Positions 31,920 through 42,743 of a DNA stretch of 64,000 bases are shown piece by piece (position 1 is the stretch's first letter; every line of letters begins with the position of its first letter). The notes beneath the pieces are model-generated. The model saw only the letters and a program-made list of their open reading frames with translations, was not told the origin of the DNA and searched no databases. Source of the DNA: Candidatus Marinacidobacterales bacterium (GTDB taxonomy: Bacteria > Acidobacteriota > Vicinamibacteria > Marinacidobacterales > SMYC01); assembly GCA_965224085.1 (NCBI GenBank), contig CBDCYI010000004.1, positions 352,001 through 416,000 of the forward strand, in the 5' to 3' direction. The translations under genes were made by a program, and so were the position numbers.

Positions 31920-33706
31920 GCGGAAGCGTACATCTCGTTGATCAAGTCTTCGTAGCGAGACTCGATCACTTTGCGCTTGACCTTCATCGTTGGGGTGAGC
32001 TCTCCGTCCTCGATCGTGAACTCCTTTGCGAGAATCGTGATCTTCTTGATGCGCTCGTATTGGGCGAAAGCGCTGCTCAAGCTCTCGATCTCTTCGAGAA
32101 TGAACTCTGTAACCTTGGGGTGGGCCGCCATGTCATCGGGGCTCTCCGCCGCGATCGACTGGGTACGGCACCAAAGGTTGAGCTTCTCGAAATCGGGTAC
32201 CACTAGTGCTGAGGGAAACTTGCGCTTGTTGCCGACGACCACGAGCTCCGCGATATAGGCATTCGTCTTCAAGCGGCCTTCGATCGGCTGAGGAGCGATG
32301 TTCTTCCCGCCGGCGGTGACGATGATATCTTTCTTGCGGTCGGTGATTTTCAGGAAGCCCTCGCCATCGAGCTCGCCGATATCCCCCGTATGAAAGAAGC
32401 CGTCGGTGTCGATGGCTTTTTGGGTCGCATCCTCCTTCTTGTAATAGCCCTTCATGACGTTCGGGCCGCGAACGCAAATCTCGCCGTCCTCGGCGATCTT
32501 CACTTCGACCTCGGGAATGAGACGACCCACCGTGCCGAACTTCAGGTTTCCCGGCCGGTTCACGGAGATCACGGGCGACGTCTCGGTCAATCCATAGCCC
32601 TCGACAATCGTGATACCTGCAGCCCAGAAGAAATCGGCGATCTCCTTGGCGAGCGGCGCAGCGCCTGAGACAAAAAAGCGCAGCCGGCCGCCGATGCGGG
32701 CCTTGAGCTTCTTGAAGACGAGGGCGTTCGCGAGCTTGTACTTGAGCTCGAGCCCCAAGGGCGCGGACTCGCCTCGGAGACGATACTTGCCGTGCTCGCC
32801 GCCCACACCGATGGCCCAATGAAAGATTTTCTTCTTGCCCCCGCTTCCCTGGTCCACCGAATCCTTGACGCGCGCGTAGAGCTTCTCGTAGAAGCGCGGG
32901 ACCATCGTCATGACGGTCGGCCGGATCTCGCCGAGGTTCGGCGCTACGTCGTCGAGGTTGCCCACGATAGCGGTGCTGACGCCCGCGGCCGCGTAGAGGT
33001 AGTGAGCCACCATCCGCTCGAACACATGACTATACGGGAGCGCCGACAGCGCGACGTCGGTTTCGTCAATCGGAAGCACTTTCAAACCAGCCTTGACGTT
33101 CGAGGCCAGGTTGTCGTGCGTGAGCATGACGCCTTTCGGATCGCCGGTAGTGCCGGATGTATAGACGATGCTGGCCAGGTCTTCCGGCGTGACCGCATCG
33201 GCGAGCTTCTGCACGAGATCAGGCTCCGCCTCCGCTTTGGCTTCGCCGCTCTTTTCGACGTTTTCGAGCATCACACCTTCGAGCTCGGCGCTCGTATCGA
33301 GCTTCACGAAATGTTCGACGGTTGTGAGCTCGTCCCGTATCTCGGCGACCTTTTTCTGTTGGTGGCCACCTGCGACGACGACGGCTTTCGCTTCCGAGTC
33401 CTTCACGATGTAGCTGATTTGGGACGGCATCAGATTCGCGTAGAGCGGGACATTGACAGCGCCGAGGATCTGGAGCGCTGAATCCACGAAAAACCACTCT
33501 GCTCGATTCCCGGACAACAAAGCGACGCGATCCCCGTGGGCGATTCCGAGCTCGTGAAGCCCCAGGGCGATGTGCCGCGCACGGCGGAGCCACTGATCCG
33601 AAGAAATCGAATGCCAGGTACCGTCCTTCTTGAACCGAAGCGCATCCTCTTTCTTGTGCTTGGCGACGGCGCCGGCGAGAAGTTGATTGAGTGTCCCGAA
33701 CTCCAT
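31916..33706 (-). CDS. Long-chain acyl-CoA ligase
   Basis: YTSGTTGDPKG, EGYGLTE, TGDIG and ELTPTMK motifs. Confidence 0.93.
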   Translation of the reverse strand: MEFGTLNQLLAGAVAKHKKEDALRFKKDGTWHSISSDQWLRRARHIALGLHELGIAHGDRVALLSGNRAEWFFVDSALQILGAVNVPLYANLMPSQISYIVKDSEAKAVVVAGGHQQKKVAEIRDELTTVEHFVKLDTSAELEGVMLENVEKSGEAKAEAEPDLVQKLADAVTPEDLASIVYTSGTTGDPKGVMLTHDNLASNVKAGLKVLPIDETDVALSALPYSHVFERMVAHYLYAAAGVSTAIVGNLDDVAPNLGEIRPTVMTMVPRFYEKLYARVKDSVDQGSGGKKKIFHWAIGVGGEHGKYRLRGESAPLGLELKYKLANALVFKKLKARIGGRLRFFVSGAAPLAKEIADFFWAAGITIVEGYGLTETSPVISVNRPGNLKFGTVGRLIPEVEVKIAEDGEICVRGPNVMKGYYKKEDATQKAIDTDGFFHTGDIGELDGEGFLKITDRKKDIIVTAGGKNIAPQPIEGRLKTNAYIAELVVVGNKRKFPSALVVPDFEKLNLWCRTQSIAAESPDDMAAHPKVTEFILEEIESLSSAFAQYERIKKITILAKEFTIEDGELTPTMKVKRKVIESRYEDLINEMYASA

Positions 33707-33786
33707 GTGTCACCTCGATTTGCGCGCGATATTAGCATATGGAGCCGATCCCCGGCACCGCGTCTTGATTGACGTATAATCGCGCC

Positions 33787-34278
33787 GTGGACGGGTATAT
33801 CGGACTGGGTTCGAACCTGGGCGAGCCCGTCTCCGAGCTCCGCGCGGGGACATCCGAGCTCCTCGATCGAGGTGTCATGATCACGCGTCGCTCGAGCGTC
33901 TATCGGACCGAGCCCGTCGACGCAGAAAGTGAAGCCTGGTTCATCAACGCGGTTTTCGAGATTCGCTTCGCCGGCGACGCGCGCGAGCTGCTGAAGGTCT
34001 GCCGCGCCATCGAAAGCGTGCGAGGGCGCGAGCGTAGAGTCAAAAACGGACCCCGGACCCTCGATCTGGACCTGTTGCTGGCGGGCGAGCTCGTGGTCTC
34101 GAGCGAGGATCTCACGATCCCGCATCCGCGGCTTCACTTGCGACGTTTCGTCCTCGTACCCATGGTCGAGATCGCCCCCGATGTGGTCCACCCTTTGAAA
34201 AAGCGCACGATGCGAGAGCTCTTGGCGGCGTGTGACGACGAGAGCACCGTTTTGCCGCTCGAAGAACTCATCGTTTAG
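33787..34278 (+). CDS. folK: 2-amino-4-hydroxy-6-hydroxymethyldihydropteridine diphosphokinase
   Basis: YIGLGSNLG, PRTLDLDLL, PHPR and RRFVLVP motifs; TATAAT 6 nt before GTG. Confidence 0.95.
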   Translation: MDGYIGLGSNLGEPVSELRAGTSELLDRGVMITRRSSVYRTEPVDAESEAWFINAVFEIRFAGDARELLKVCRAIESVRGRERRVKNGPRTLDLDLLLAGELVVSSEDLTIPHPRLHLRRFVLVPMVEIAPDVVHPLKKRTMRELLAACDDESTVLPLEELIV

Positions 34279-34282
34279 CGTC

Positions 34283-34915
34283 ATGGACTTCCGCTACATT
34301 GCCGTCGAAGGCCCACCCGGGGTGGGCAAAACCGGGCTCGCCGAGCGGCTCGCCGCGAACCTGGACGGCCAAACGTTGCTCGAGCAGAAGAACAATCCTT
34401 TTCTCGACAAATTTCTCTCGGGAGAGCCGGGCGCCGCGTTCCAGACGCAAATTTTTTTTCTGCTCAGCCGCTACCGCGAGCTCGCGGCACTCGCGCAAAG
34501 AGAGCTTTTCTCTCAGACGCAGATTTCGGACTTCATTCTCGCAAAAGACAAGATTTACGCCTATCTGGGCCTCGATGACACGGAGCTCATGCTCTACGAG
34601 AAAATCTACGCCCCACTTGCGGGGGAAGTGCCGGCACCGGAGCTCGTCGTCTATCTCCAAGCTCCGGCGCAAGTCCTCGTGCGGCGACTCCGGGCACGCC
34701 CGGAAGCGTTCCCCGAAGAGGAGGACCTCCGCGACATCGTCCGGGCATATGACTACTTCTTCTTCCACTATACGGCGACGCCGCTGCTCGTCGTGAGCTC
34801 CGCGGATGTCGACTTCTCCGAACCCGATGCCGATCTCGAGGACCTCCTCCATGAGGTGCGGCTCATGCCGGGCGGAACTCGCTTCTACGTGCCGGCTAAA
34901 GTCAGCCCGGAATAG
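34283..34915 (+). CDS. Deoxynucleoside kinase
   Basis: YIAVEGPPGVGKT, NPFL and FQTQIFFLLSRY motifs; downstream of folK. Confidence 0.9.
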   Translation: MDFRYIAVEGPPGVGKTGLAERLAANLDGQTLLEQKNNPFLDKFLSGEPGAAFQTQIFFLLSRYRELAALAQRELFSQTQISDFILAKDKIYAYLGLDDTELMLYEKIYAPLAGEVPAPELVVYLQAPAQVLVRRLRARPEAFPEEEDLRDIVRAYDYFFFHYTATPLLVVSSADVDFSEPDADLEDLLHEVRLMPGGTRFYVPAKVSPE

Positions 34916-34980
34916 GTTCTCTCAGCTGGTTGCCGCCGGCGCGAGCGCCGTGTTATTCTGGTTTCAATACATCTCCAAAA

Positions 34981-35706
34981 TTAAATAAACGCCCCCTCCC
35001 GCGTTTTTCCGAGCGGCCGGATTGCTTCGCATTTGGTCATTCGCCTGAGGTTGCCGGCTGAGCTGCCGTCTCCCAGCAATGCCACCCTCAAATCGGTCCC
35101 CAGCTCATCGGCAACCTTCTTCACCGAATGTAGGAGCAAGTCAATGCGCTTGTACGGCTCGAGATAGCCCACGTACAGGAGATCGTAGTCGGGTAGGGAA
35201 GGGTGGGCCGCGTTCGGCGCTTGGTTGAAACGGAACAGGTTGGGTGGGTGGTAGATTTTGTTGGGCTCAACTCCGCGCTCGGTGAGGGCTCGTTTCGTGT
35301 GCGGACCACGCGTCACCACCAAGTCCGCCGCTTTGACGAACCGCATTAACGTTGGGTGTTGAAGACATAGATGGAGATCTTTCCCAATCAAGTTCTGAAT
35401 GGCCGGCTTGGCGAAGACTTTTCCCACCAGCCCGGCGATGACGCCGTGCAGGATCATGTAGATACCCATGATCGCGTCGACTCTTTTGAAAGAACACACG
35501 TAGACCAACGTCAGTATTCGGTATGATTCTGCGGTCAAGATGTTTTTCGCCAACATACGGGGAGGCGAATAGCAGGTTACCTTGCGGTGCGCGAAGGGTC
35601 GGCGGCGGAAGAGGAAGATATTCTCCACAAAATCGATGTTGGCGATGGGCTTTATCTTCGAGAGGAGTTTCTTGTCGGAAAGGCCACAGGTAATGGCGAT
35701 GTTCAT
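34981..35706 (-). pseudogene. Truncated GT4 glycosyltransferase
   Basis: LLYVGYLEPYKRID and LLGDG, then abrupt end lacking the C-terminal GT4 motif. Confidence 0.7.
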
Positions 35707-35839
35707 AGAGTCCCATTTGGCCCGGCCTAGTGGTGAACCTACTTATAACTCATTTGTCATGATTTCGTGAAAGCGTGAGGGGTAAAACCCTATCGCCACC
35801 GGGCGGGCTTACTGTGCGGAGCTTGGCTCTTTGCCGGGA

Positions 35840-36270
35840 TCGTTTGGGGCAGAAGACTCTCCAGCTGCGCTCGGTGACGAAGAGCATGTCCGATAGATGA
35901 TCGGTGGCGATCCGATTGAGCTCTTCGGGCATCGTCCGATCGACGCTACTCAGACCCGCTTCGAGGTGTGCGAGCGCAGAGTCGGCCTGAACCGGCCACT
36001 GCTCCAGCCAAGCTGCCGTTGACGTCTCCAGGAACAATCACCCAGGCTAGGCTGGGCGCTCCGTTTTCGCGGTTTGCAGCCAGGAGTGAGGTTTCCCACC
36101 TCCAGATCGATGTCCGGCTCCGGAATGGCTAGCTGCGTAAAGAACACTTCCGACATGTTCCGATCGAAGTGCTGCCCGGTGTGAACCAAGACGGTCTTGA
36201 CGCCGGAATGCTTCTTCAGCGCTGCGATGACTGGCGCCATCTTGATGAAATTGGAGCGGGTGCCACGAGC
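35840..36270 (-). pseudogene. UDP-GlcNAc 2-epimerase (WecB-like) fragments
   Basis: GTRSNFIKMAP, HTGQHFD and AHLEAGL..MPEELNR in broken frames. Confidence 0.8.
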
Positions 36271-36453
36271 CCATCAATCTTCATAAGGTCTAGATGCACG
36301 TGTGCTCGTGAGTTCAGCGGGAAACATTCAGGAGCGTGAGCGACCACGGACTACACACAATCGGAAGTCTTAAACTCGGTGGCGCTCGATTGCGCCTAAA
36401 ACGCCCTGGCGCAAATAGATAAAGATCCGAATCCGCACCCTCATCGGGACTGG

Positions 36454-37746
36454 GTGCTGGCGGTGCTCAACCCGGAACCGCGAACTTTAATTGCCGTTTT
36501 CCGTCTCGTGCCCGTCCTCCTCACGCCTGTGCTCGCGCTGGTCCTCTACTGGATCCATCCCGCAAGGTCACACGCCCTGGTCACGTCGGTCAGCATTCTC
36601 CTCTTTTGGCCCGCTGGCTCTCAACTGCTTCCCGAGGAAGCCCTTCTCCCTCCCATACTGTTTTGGGGGGATCCCTGGGGCGGTCTGGGCTTGTGCGTGA
36701 TGGTGGTAGGAGCAGTGGCCCTGGATCATCGGTCGTGGTGGGTGCGAGTCCCAGTCGCGATTCCTTGTCTGTTCCTCGCTTGCTTTCTTGATCCGAATCT
36801 CAGTGTGGTTCTCTTCGCTTTTTGTTTTGGCGCGTTGTTGCTACAGGCTGTACCCCAGACTCGCGCAGATCGTTGGCCCGCTTTGGCACTCTCCCTGACC
36901 GCCATGGTCGTCCTGGTCACGAAAGCGATGTCCTCGTCTCCGCCGGAGCTCTCCATCGAGAGAGCCGTTCTTACGGACCTCTGGACCTGGGCCACGCTGG
37001 GGCAGCCCATTTGGGTGGCCCTCGCGATTCTTGCAGTGAAACGAAAACCCCTCTCCGAGCTGAGACCGGGCCATCGAATGTTAGCCGGCAGCGTCGCGCT
37101 CCTGCTGGCCCACGAGCTCGGTCTCTTTCCCATACCGCTCGGGTCAGCATTGGCCACGTACCGCCTCGGCCTGATCTACAGCGCGGCCCCCGTGGTCTTG
37201 GAGCTCACCGCGGCTTTGGGTCGCCAGTTGTTCTCGAATGTCCCTCCCAAGCGAAGCTTCATCCGCAGCCAAGCTGTGATTCTCGTTGTCGCCGGGGTCC
37301 TTTCGCCGCTATACACCTTCAGCCCGTTTTTCACGTATCGACATTATCAACTCAGCTGTCAGCCGATCTCCTTGAGCCAAGTCGGCGCGGCTCAGTGGGT
37401 CCACGAAAATACGCCTCCCGATGCGGTTCTTGTGGCGGACACGGACCTTGCTCCGATCCTAGCCATCGTTTCCGGACGCCGGCTGCTTCGCACGGACGGG
37501 CTCCCGGAAAGGCCGGATGACCTTCCGCGGCGGCGGGTGGAGGCTCGTTTACTCGGAGGTCGCCGGCCTCATCGCATGCTCCCAGCAGCAAGACGCTTCG
37601 GCGTGACCCATCTTGCAGTAAATCGAGCAGCCGGCATGCCCGGATTGATCAAACAGCCGTCGAATTACGAAGGACGTCGACCATTCAAGAAAATCCACCA
37701 GATGGGAAGCTGGTTCTTTCTTTTTGAGATTGTGGACGAGAGCTGA
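36454..37746 (+). CDS. Polytopic membrane protein, possibly GT-C-like and 5'-truncated
   Basis: Many TM segments followed by WVHENTPPDAVLVAD. Confidence 0.5.
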   Translation: MLAVLNPEPRTLIAVFRLVPVLLTPVLALVLYWIHPARSHALVTSVSILLFWPAGSQLLPEEALLPPILFWGDPWGGLGLCVMVVGAVALDHRSWWVRVPVAIPCLFLACFLDPNLSVVLFAFCFGALLLQAVPQTRADRWPALALSLTAMVVLVTKAMSSSPPELSIERAVLTDLWTWATLGQPIWVALAILAVKRKPLSELRPGHRMLAGSVALLLAHELGLFPIPLGSALATYRLGLIYSAAPVVLELTAALGRQLFSNVPPKRSFIRSQAVILVVAGVLSPLYTFSPFFTYRHYQLSCQPISLSQVGAAQWVHENTPPDAVLVADTDLAPILAIVSGRRLLRTDGLPERPDDLPRRRVEARLLGGRRPHRMLPAARRFGVTHLAVNRAAGMPGLIKQPSNYEGRRPFKKIHQMGSWFFLFEIVDES

Positions 37747-37965
37747 GTTCGCAAAACAGCCCCTCCGCGGACAGTTCCTTTGTCAACCCCGCGACCGGAG
37801 GCAAACAACTCCGTGTTTCACCGAAGGCTCATGCGGAAAACTCGAGTGGCATCATGCACGTAGACGCGTCCGAGCTTATCGACGGCCATACCCGGAAAGA
37901 GCTTCTCCGGGCTGCCCGATATCCACGAAATCTCCATCGTTTGTGGATTCAAGGCGAACAAGCCC

Positions 37966-39072
37966 TTATCCCAAACGGTTCCTTAGAATCACCTGTTCCC
38001 TTTCCCACCAATTCAAATGGCTGATGCTGTGGGAGAACCGTCGTATTGTCCGTGTGATTCCGGTGCGGGGAAGATACTCGAACAACTCGCCGCTGCTCGT
38101 TCCACCTAGGAGACGTCCGTCCTCCAAGCTGATGAGCGCCGTGACCTCCGCGGCCTCAGGCACCGGAATGATATCGTTGACGACCGCGCCGGAATCGGGA
38201 TCGAAGACCAACAAATGAGCCGGCTCGGTCGTGCCCTTTTCCCCTGGCCCGACCTCAAGGGAGGAGGTTCCCGCATAAACGAGTCCTCCCGGCCCGAAGC
38301 AAACGGCCTTCATGGACTGATCCGGGACGAGGTTTTGATACGTCTGCCAGGTGAGGGTGGACTCCTCGAAAACGGTTAAAGCCCCGCCTTTCCTTCCGTA
38401 GTCCGGACGGGTCGCAATGACCACGGTACCATCAGCGCTTCTGTCGGTGGCATTGGCCATGCCCTGCCCGGTACCCAGCCTACCGAGGTGCCGGGGGTTG
38501 GGCTGCGGGTCTTGACCGGTCCACGGACGCTCCAAGTCATAAAGGTAGAGGTCACCATGATAACCGGGAAGGAGTATAGCTCCCGGAAGAGCTTGCATTA
38601 CGAGAAACTCTCCCTGGGCGTTGGGTACGCGGCCCAAAGAGCGCAGGGTGCCGCTTCCGGATCGACCCGAAAGGGGCTTGCGTTATAGTAAGTGAACCCA
38701 TAGACATAGTCATCCTGCCCCAACCCTAATCCCTGTATATTCATACCGTTCTGCTTGGCGGCCAAATCCAGCTGTCCAAGGGGAGCGCGTCACCACCCGG
38801 TAGCGCCCATCCGATGTGATACGCACCTTACCTTGACGGGAGTTTACGCCGCTTAACGGTTTATCGTGAACCTTCACCCGAAAGGACTTCGGTCGCGCAC
38901 CTCCGGACAACTCAGACAAAAGCCAACCGTCTTGGAACCGGAGATTCCTGGCAAAGGCAGCTCCGTCGTGCGCTCCTTCAAGGAGGTCGGCGAACCGGCC
39001 GCTACGTGGATCGTACGAGACGATACCGGCTGGCGTCCCCAGCCCGCAATACACTGTTCCCGACGCGCCCAC
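37966..39072 (-). pseudogene. Fragmented beta-propeller protein
   Basis: GTVYCG, IVSYDP, PDYGRKGGAL and VYAGTS segments in several frames. Confidence 0.55.
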
Positions 39073-39099
39073 GAGAAGCTCGCGCAGGTATTGGCGACC

Positions 39100-39741
39100 G
39101 GGGAAAAGGCGCCGCTTTCGACGAAAGGAATGTCACCGCGAGAAGCAACCCCACCATGACACCCAGATAGACGGGGACCGCAGACACGCGCACACCAGAA
39201 CTCAACGATCCGGCCACCAAGATCGTCACGAGTAACCACACGACCGGTGCCCGCGTCCCGTCGCCAGCCAGGAATATGCAAGCAAGGCAGGGACCGCAAC
39301 CTTTCTTGCGACCCTCCAGTAGTTGAGCAGGAATCTGAAGATTACCTGTCCGCAGACAAGAAGCCCAAGGAGACAAACGAAGTTGGCGTGCTTGTCGTCC
39401 CCAAACAACAATTGAGTGAGCGACATCCGGAAGGGCCACACCAACAACAGAGCGAAGCCGCACGCGCACACGATGCAGAAAGAACATGCCGTAGAAAGCG
39501 TTGGCGAACTTTTCCTTTCCTCGATCCCAGGCAGGTAACGCACTGCGGCTTGATCCAAGCCAAGAACGAGAATAGGAGAGGAAGACGCGAAGTCGACGAC
39601 AACTGGCGCCAGATCCCATAGTCGGCGATACTGAGGCCGATCGAAATTATCGGTAGCACAAGCAGCCCACGAACCTGCCCTACGAAGTGAGACGCCCCGT
39701 GATGACGACATCGAGCAAGAATCTGGCCTTCTCTTCGCCAC
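39100..39741 (-). pseudogene. Polysaccharide flippase (Wzx-like) N-terminal remnant
   Basis: LLVLPIISIGLSIADYGIW and LVLGLDQAAVRY across shifted frames. Confidence 0.55.
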
Positions 39742-39801
39742 CGATATGAGCCCGCTGCGGGTCGGTCTCTTTCTTCATCCGACTGCCATCGTTGCAAGCT
39801 T

Positions 39802-40581
39802 CTAGCTGTGGGCACCCAGAAGGCCTTCGACAATTCTGATTGATGCGTGTCCGTCACCGTATTCCGCGATCGGTCGCCCTGTCTCACATTTCTGACAGGC
39901 GTCCACGATCGCGTTTGCGTCTGCCCCAACCAAAGTGTTCCACCCATGCGACACAGTTTCCGTCCACTCGGTCTCATCGCGCAGCGTTATGCACGGCACG
40001 CCGTGAAAATAGGCTTCCTTCTGGACCCCCCCGGAATCCGTGAGAATCGCTTTAGCAGCCATCTCGTGGCGGACCCCCTGAGATATGCCTTCTGTCCTGA
40101 GGTTGGCTACTGCAGTCGACGTCGGGCAGAACAGCAACGTCGACAACCGATCGGTCAGTATGCGATTGATCTCTTCCGGCATGCTGTTGTTGAATGATCT
40201 CAGACCCGACTCCACATGAGCAACCGGAACGTTTAGCTTGGCGGCACACAAGGCACCCGCCAACGTCGAGTTTGTATCGCCATAGACCAAGACCCAGTCG
40301 GGGCAGCGCTCCTCGAGTTCTCTCTCGAGACCGATGAGCATCTTCCCCGTCATCCATCCGTGCCCACCCGAGCCCACTTTAAGGTTGACCGCCGGTTCGC
40401 GAATGCCCAACTCGTCGAAAAATACCTGGCTCACCGCGGGATCGTAGTGTTGGCCGGTATGGACAAGCTCTTCGACCAGTTTCGGACCGAGCCCTGTTTC
40501 GTTATGACGATCGATCGCCTTGCATACCATCACCGCCTTTATGAACTGCGGTCTCGCGCCGACCACGGTGAGTACTTTCAT
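39802..40581 (-). pseudogene. wecB: UDP-GlcNAc 2-epimerase with in-frame internal deletion
   Basis: VGARPQFIK, YGDTNST and MPEEINR, then a jump to TDSGGVQKEAY; central region missing. Confidence 0.85.
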
Positions 40582-40868
40582 TTCTCTCATCGCAGGCCAC
40601 TCATGGCTCGTCGAACTCGAACCCATTCCTCACGGCCAATGCTTGGGGTGAGTGCCCCGTGGTTTGATGACGTTGGACAAAACAGAATCAAGCCGCGAAG
40701 AAAGGAGCCGAGATGTGTCATTTTCCAGAATCATGACCCCACCGTTTTCATCAACATGACGCCGGGGTCAAAGGCCTACCCGCGAATCAATACCACAACT
40801 TCCTCGGATCTTTACTAGATCTCTTTCGTCGAGTATGGAACGTCGGCGCCGAGGGGGTACCCTAGCTA

Positions 40869-42552
40869 GTACCCGTCCTGACAGGTGTAAGAGGTTGAGA
40901 AAAAAGGGGTAATCGCAAATTTAGGGCTAGCCTTCTGAGGGAGTGTCGTTTAGTATCGAGTCGACAAAAACGCAGATTCTAAACGACTTAACTCCAAAGG
41001 AGACCAGCCCTAAATGCGAAAAACGATCAACCCACAACCAAGCCTTCGCGAGCCCTGGCTGGAGCTGGAGCACGCACGCGAGCTCGAAACGATATCATCG
41101 CTGCTCGATGCCCATCCTAAGCTCAATGAGCTGGTACTGCAAGACCTGAGGTCGGTCACCCCATCGGCAGGGAGCGATGTTGGTCGTGGGGGAATGAGCG
41201 CGGAGCAGGTTCTCCGGGCGTTGTTGGTCAAGCAGCTGAATCAGTTCACCTATCGGGAGCTGGCGTTTCACTTGGCAGACTCTCGAAGCTATCGGACGTT
41301 TTGCCAGCTCGGCATCATAGAGCCGAGCCCGTCGAAGTCGACCCTAGCAGCAAACATCAAAGCCGTGAAGTTCGAAACGCTGGAGAAAATCAACCGAGAG
41401 TTGGTGAGTGTTGCCGAGAAGACCGCGATCGAAAAAGGAAGAAAAGTACGAGTGGACTGCACGGTAGTGGAGTCGAATATTCATTCTCCTACGGACTCCG
41501 AGCTTCTTTATGACTGCGTCCGAGTTCTCACTCGCCTCATGTGCCGAACTCGCGAACTGCTGGGTACAGTAGTGGTCTTCGGCAATCGAACGCGTCGAGC
41601 GAAGAGACGTCGACTGGGAGTTCTAAACGCGAAGGATAAGGAACAAAGGCGTCGCGTCTATCGAGATCTACTGAAGGTGTCGGAAGAAACCTATCGCTCC
41701 GCTCAACGCGTTGCAGACCAGTTGGACGAGTCCGGCTTGACCGAGCCGGTGAAGCGAGCGAGTGCGGAGAAGATCGCCGCGGATTTTAAGCACTTTCTCG
41801 TCCTCACCGAAAAAGTCATCAACCAAACTCGGCGTAGAGTGATTGATGAAGAGCGTGTGCCTGCGGAGGAAAAGGTCGTTTCGATCTTCGAAGAACACAC
41901 CGACATTATTCGCAAAGACCGGCGCGAGACTCTCTACGGTCACAAGGTGTGTTTGACTGGTGGCTCGTCCTCGATGATTTTGGATTGCGTGATCTTGGAT
42001 GGGAATCCGTCCGATTCAACTCTCGCGGAAACCATGATCGACCGTCAAGTCGAACTCTACGAACGGGCCCCGCGCCAGGTTGCCTACGATGGCGCGTTTT
42101 CTTCAAAGGCAAACTTGGAAGCCATCAAAGGCAAGGGAGTTGAAGATGTTGCCTTTACCAAGGCTCACTTCGCGGTGACCGATATGGTCAAGAGTTCCTG
42201 GGTCTATCAACGCCTACGGCGATTTCGCTGCGGAATCGAAGGCGTCATTTCGTTCTTGAAACGAGTCTTTGGTCTCGACCGATGCACATGGCGCTCATTG
42301 CCTTCTTTCAAATCCTACGTATGGAGTTCCATCATCACCTGCAACCTGTTGGTAATGGCAAGGCACCTATTACGATAATAATGATTGCTCTTACTGCGTT
42401 TATAGCCATGGATTGCTGACGATTCGCCTCTCGTTTCGTCCAAGATTTTCATTCGCTTCCGAGCCTACGAGGTGCCGACTGAAAACGTATAATACCCACA
42501 TCTTCGATAGGCCTCTCGTACACCACAAGTTATGGTGTTTCTGGACAGGAAC
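40869..42552 (+). mobile_element. IS-A copy 3 (1684 bp)
   Basis: TAGCTA at 40863-40868 and 42553-42558; same termini. Confidence 0.95.
41014..42378 (+). CDS. IS-A DDE transposase (454 aa)
   Basis: Intact ORF with AAGGAG RBS. Confidence 0.95.
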   Translation: MRKTINPQPSLREPWLELEHARELETISSLLDAHPKLNELVLQDLRSVTPSAGSDVGRGGMSAEQVLRALLVKQLNQFTYRELAFHLADSRSYRTFCQLGIIEPSPSKSTLAANIKAVKFETLEKINRELVSVAEKTAIEKGRKVRVDCTVVESNIHSPTDSELLYDCVRVLTRLMCRTRELLGTVVVFGNRTRRAKRRRLGVLNAKDKEQRRRVYRDLLKVSEETYRSAQRVADQLDESGLTEPVKRASAEKIAADFKHFLVLTEKVINQTRRRVIDEERVPAEEKVVSIFEEHTDIIRKDRRETLYGHKVCLTGGSSSMILDCVILDGNPSDSTLAETMIDRQVELYERAPRQVAYDGAFSSKANLEAIKGKGVEDVAFTKAHFAVTDMVKSSWVYQRLRRFRCGIEGVISFLKRVFGLDRCTWRSLPSFKSYVWSSIITCNLLVMARHLLR

Positions 42553-42743
42553 TAGCTAGAGCCTGTTGCAAAACGTAACCGCTTTCACCGTTGGTTTCAA
42601 TCCGCGTCCAATCGGGCAGCTGACAGATCTGTGATTTGCCGGCGCCAAACGCGCCTGGATCGATCCGCAAGAATTTTCCCAACTATTTTGTATTTGGTCG
42701 TTTTTTTCTTGACTTGTAGCCTAAGGGATGATATTTATTAGGC

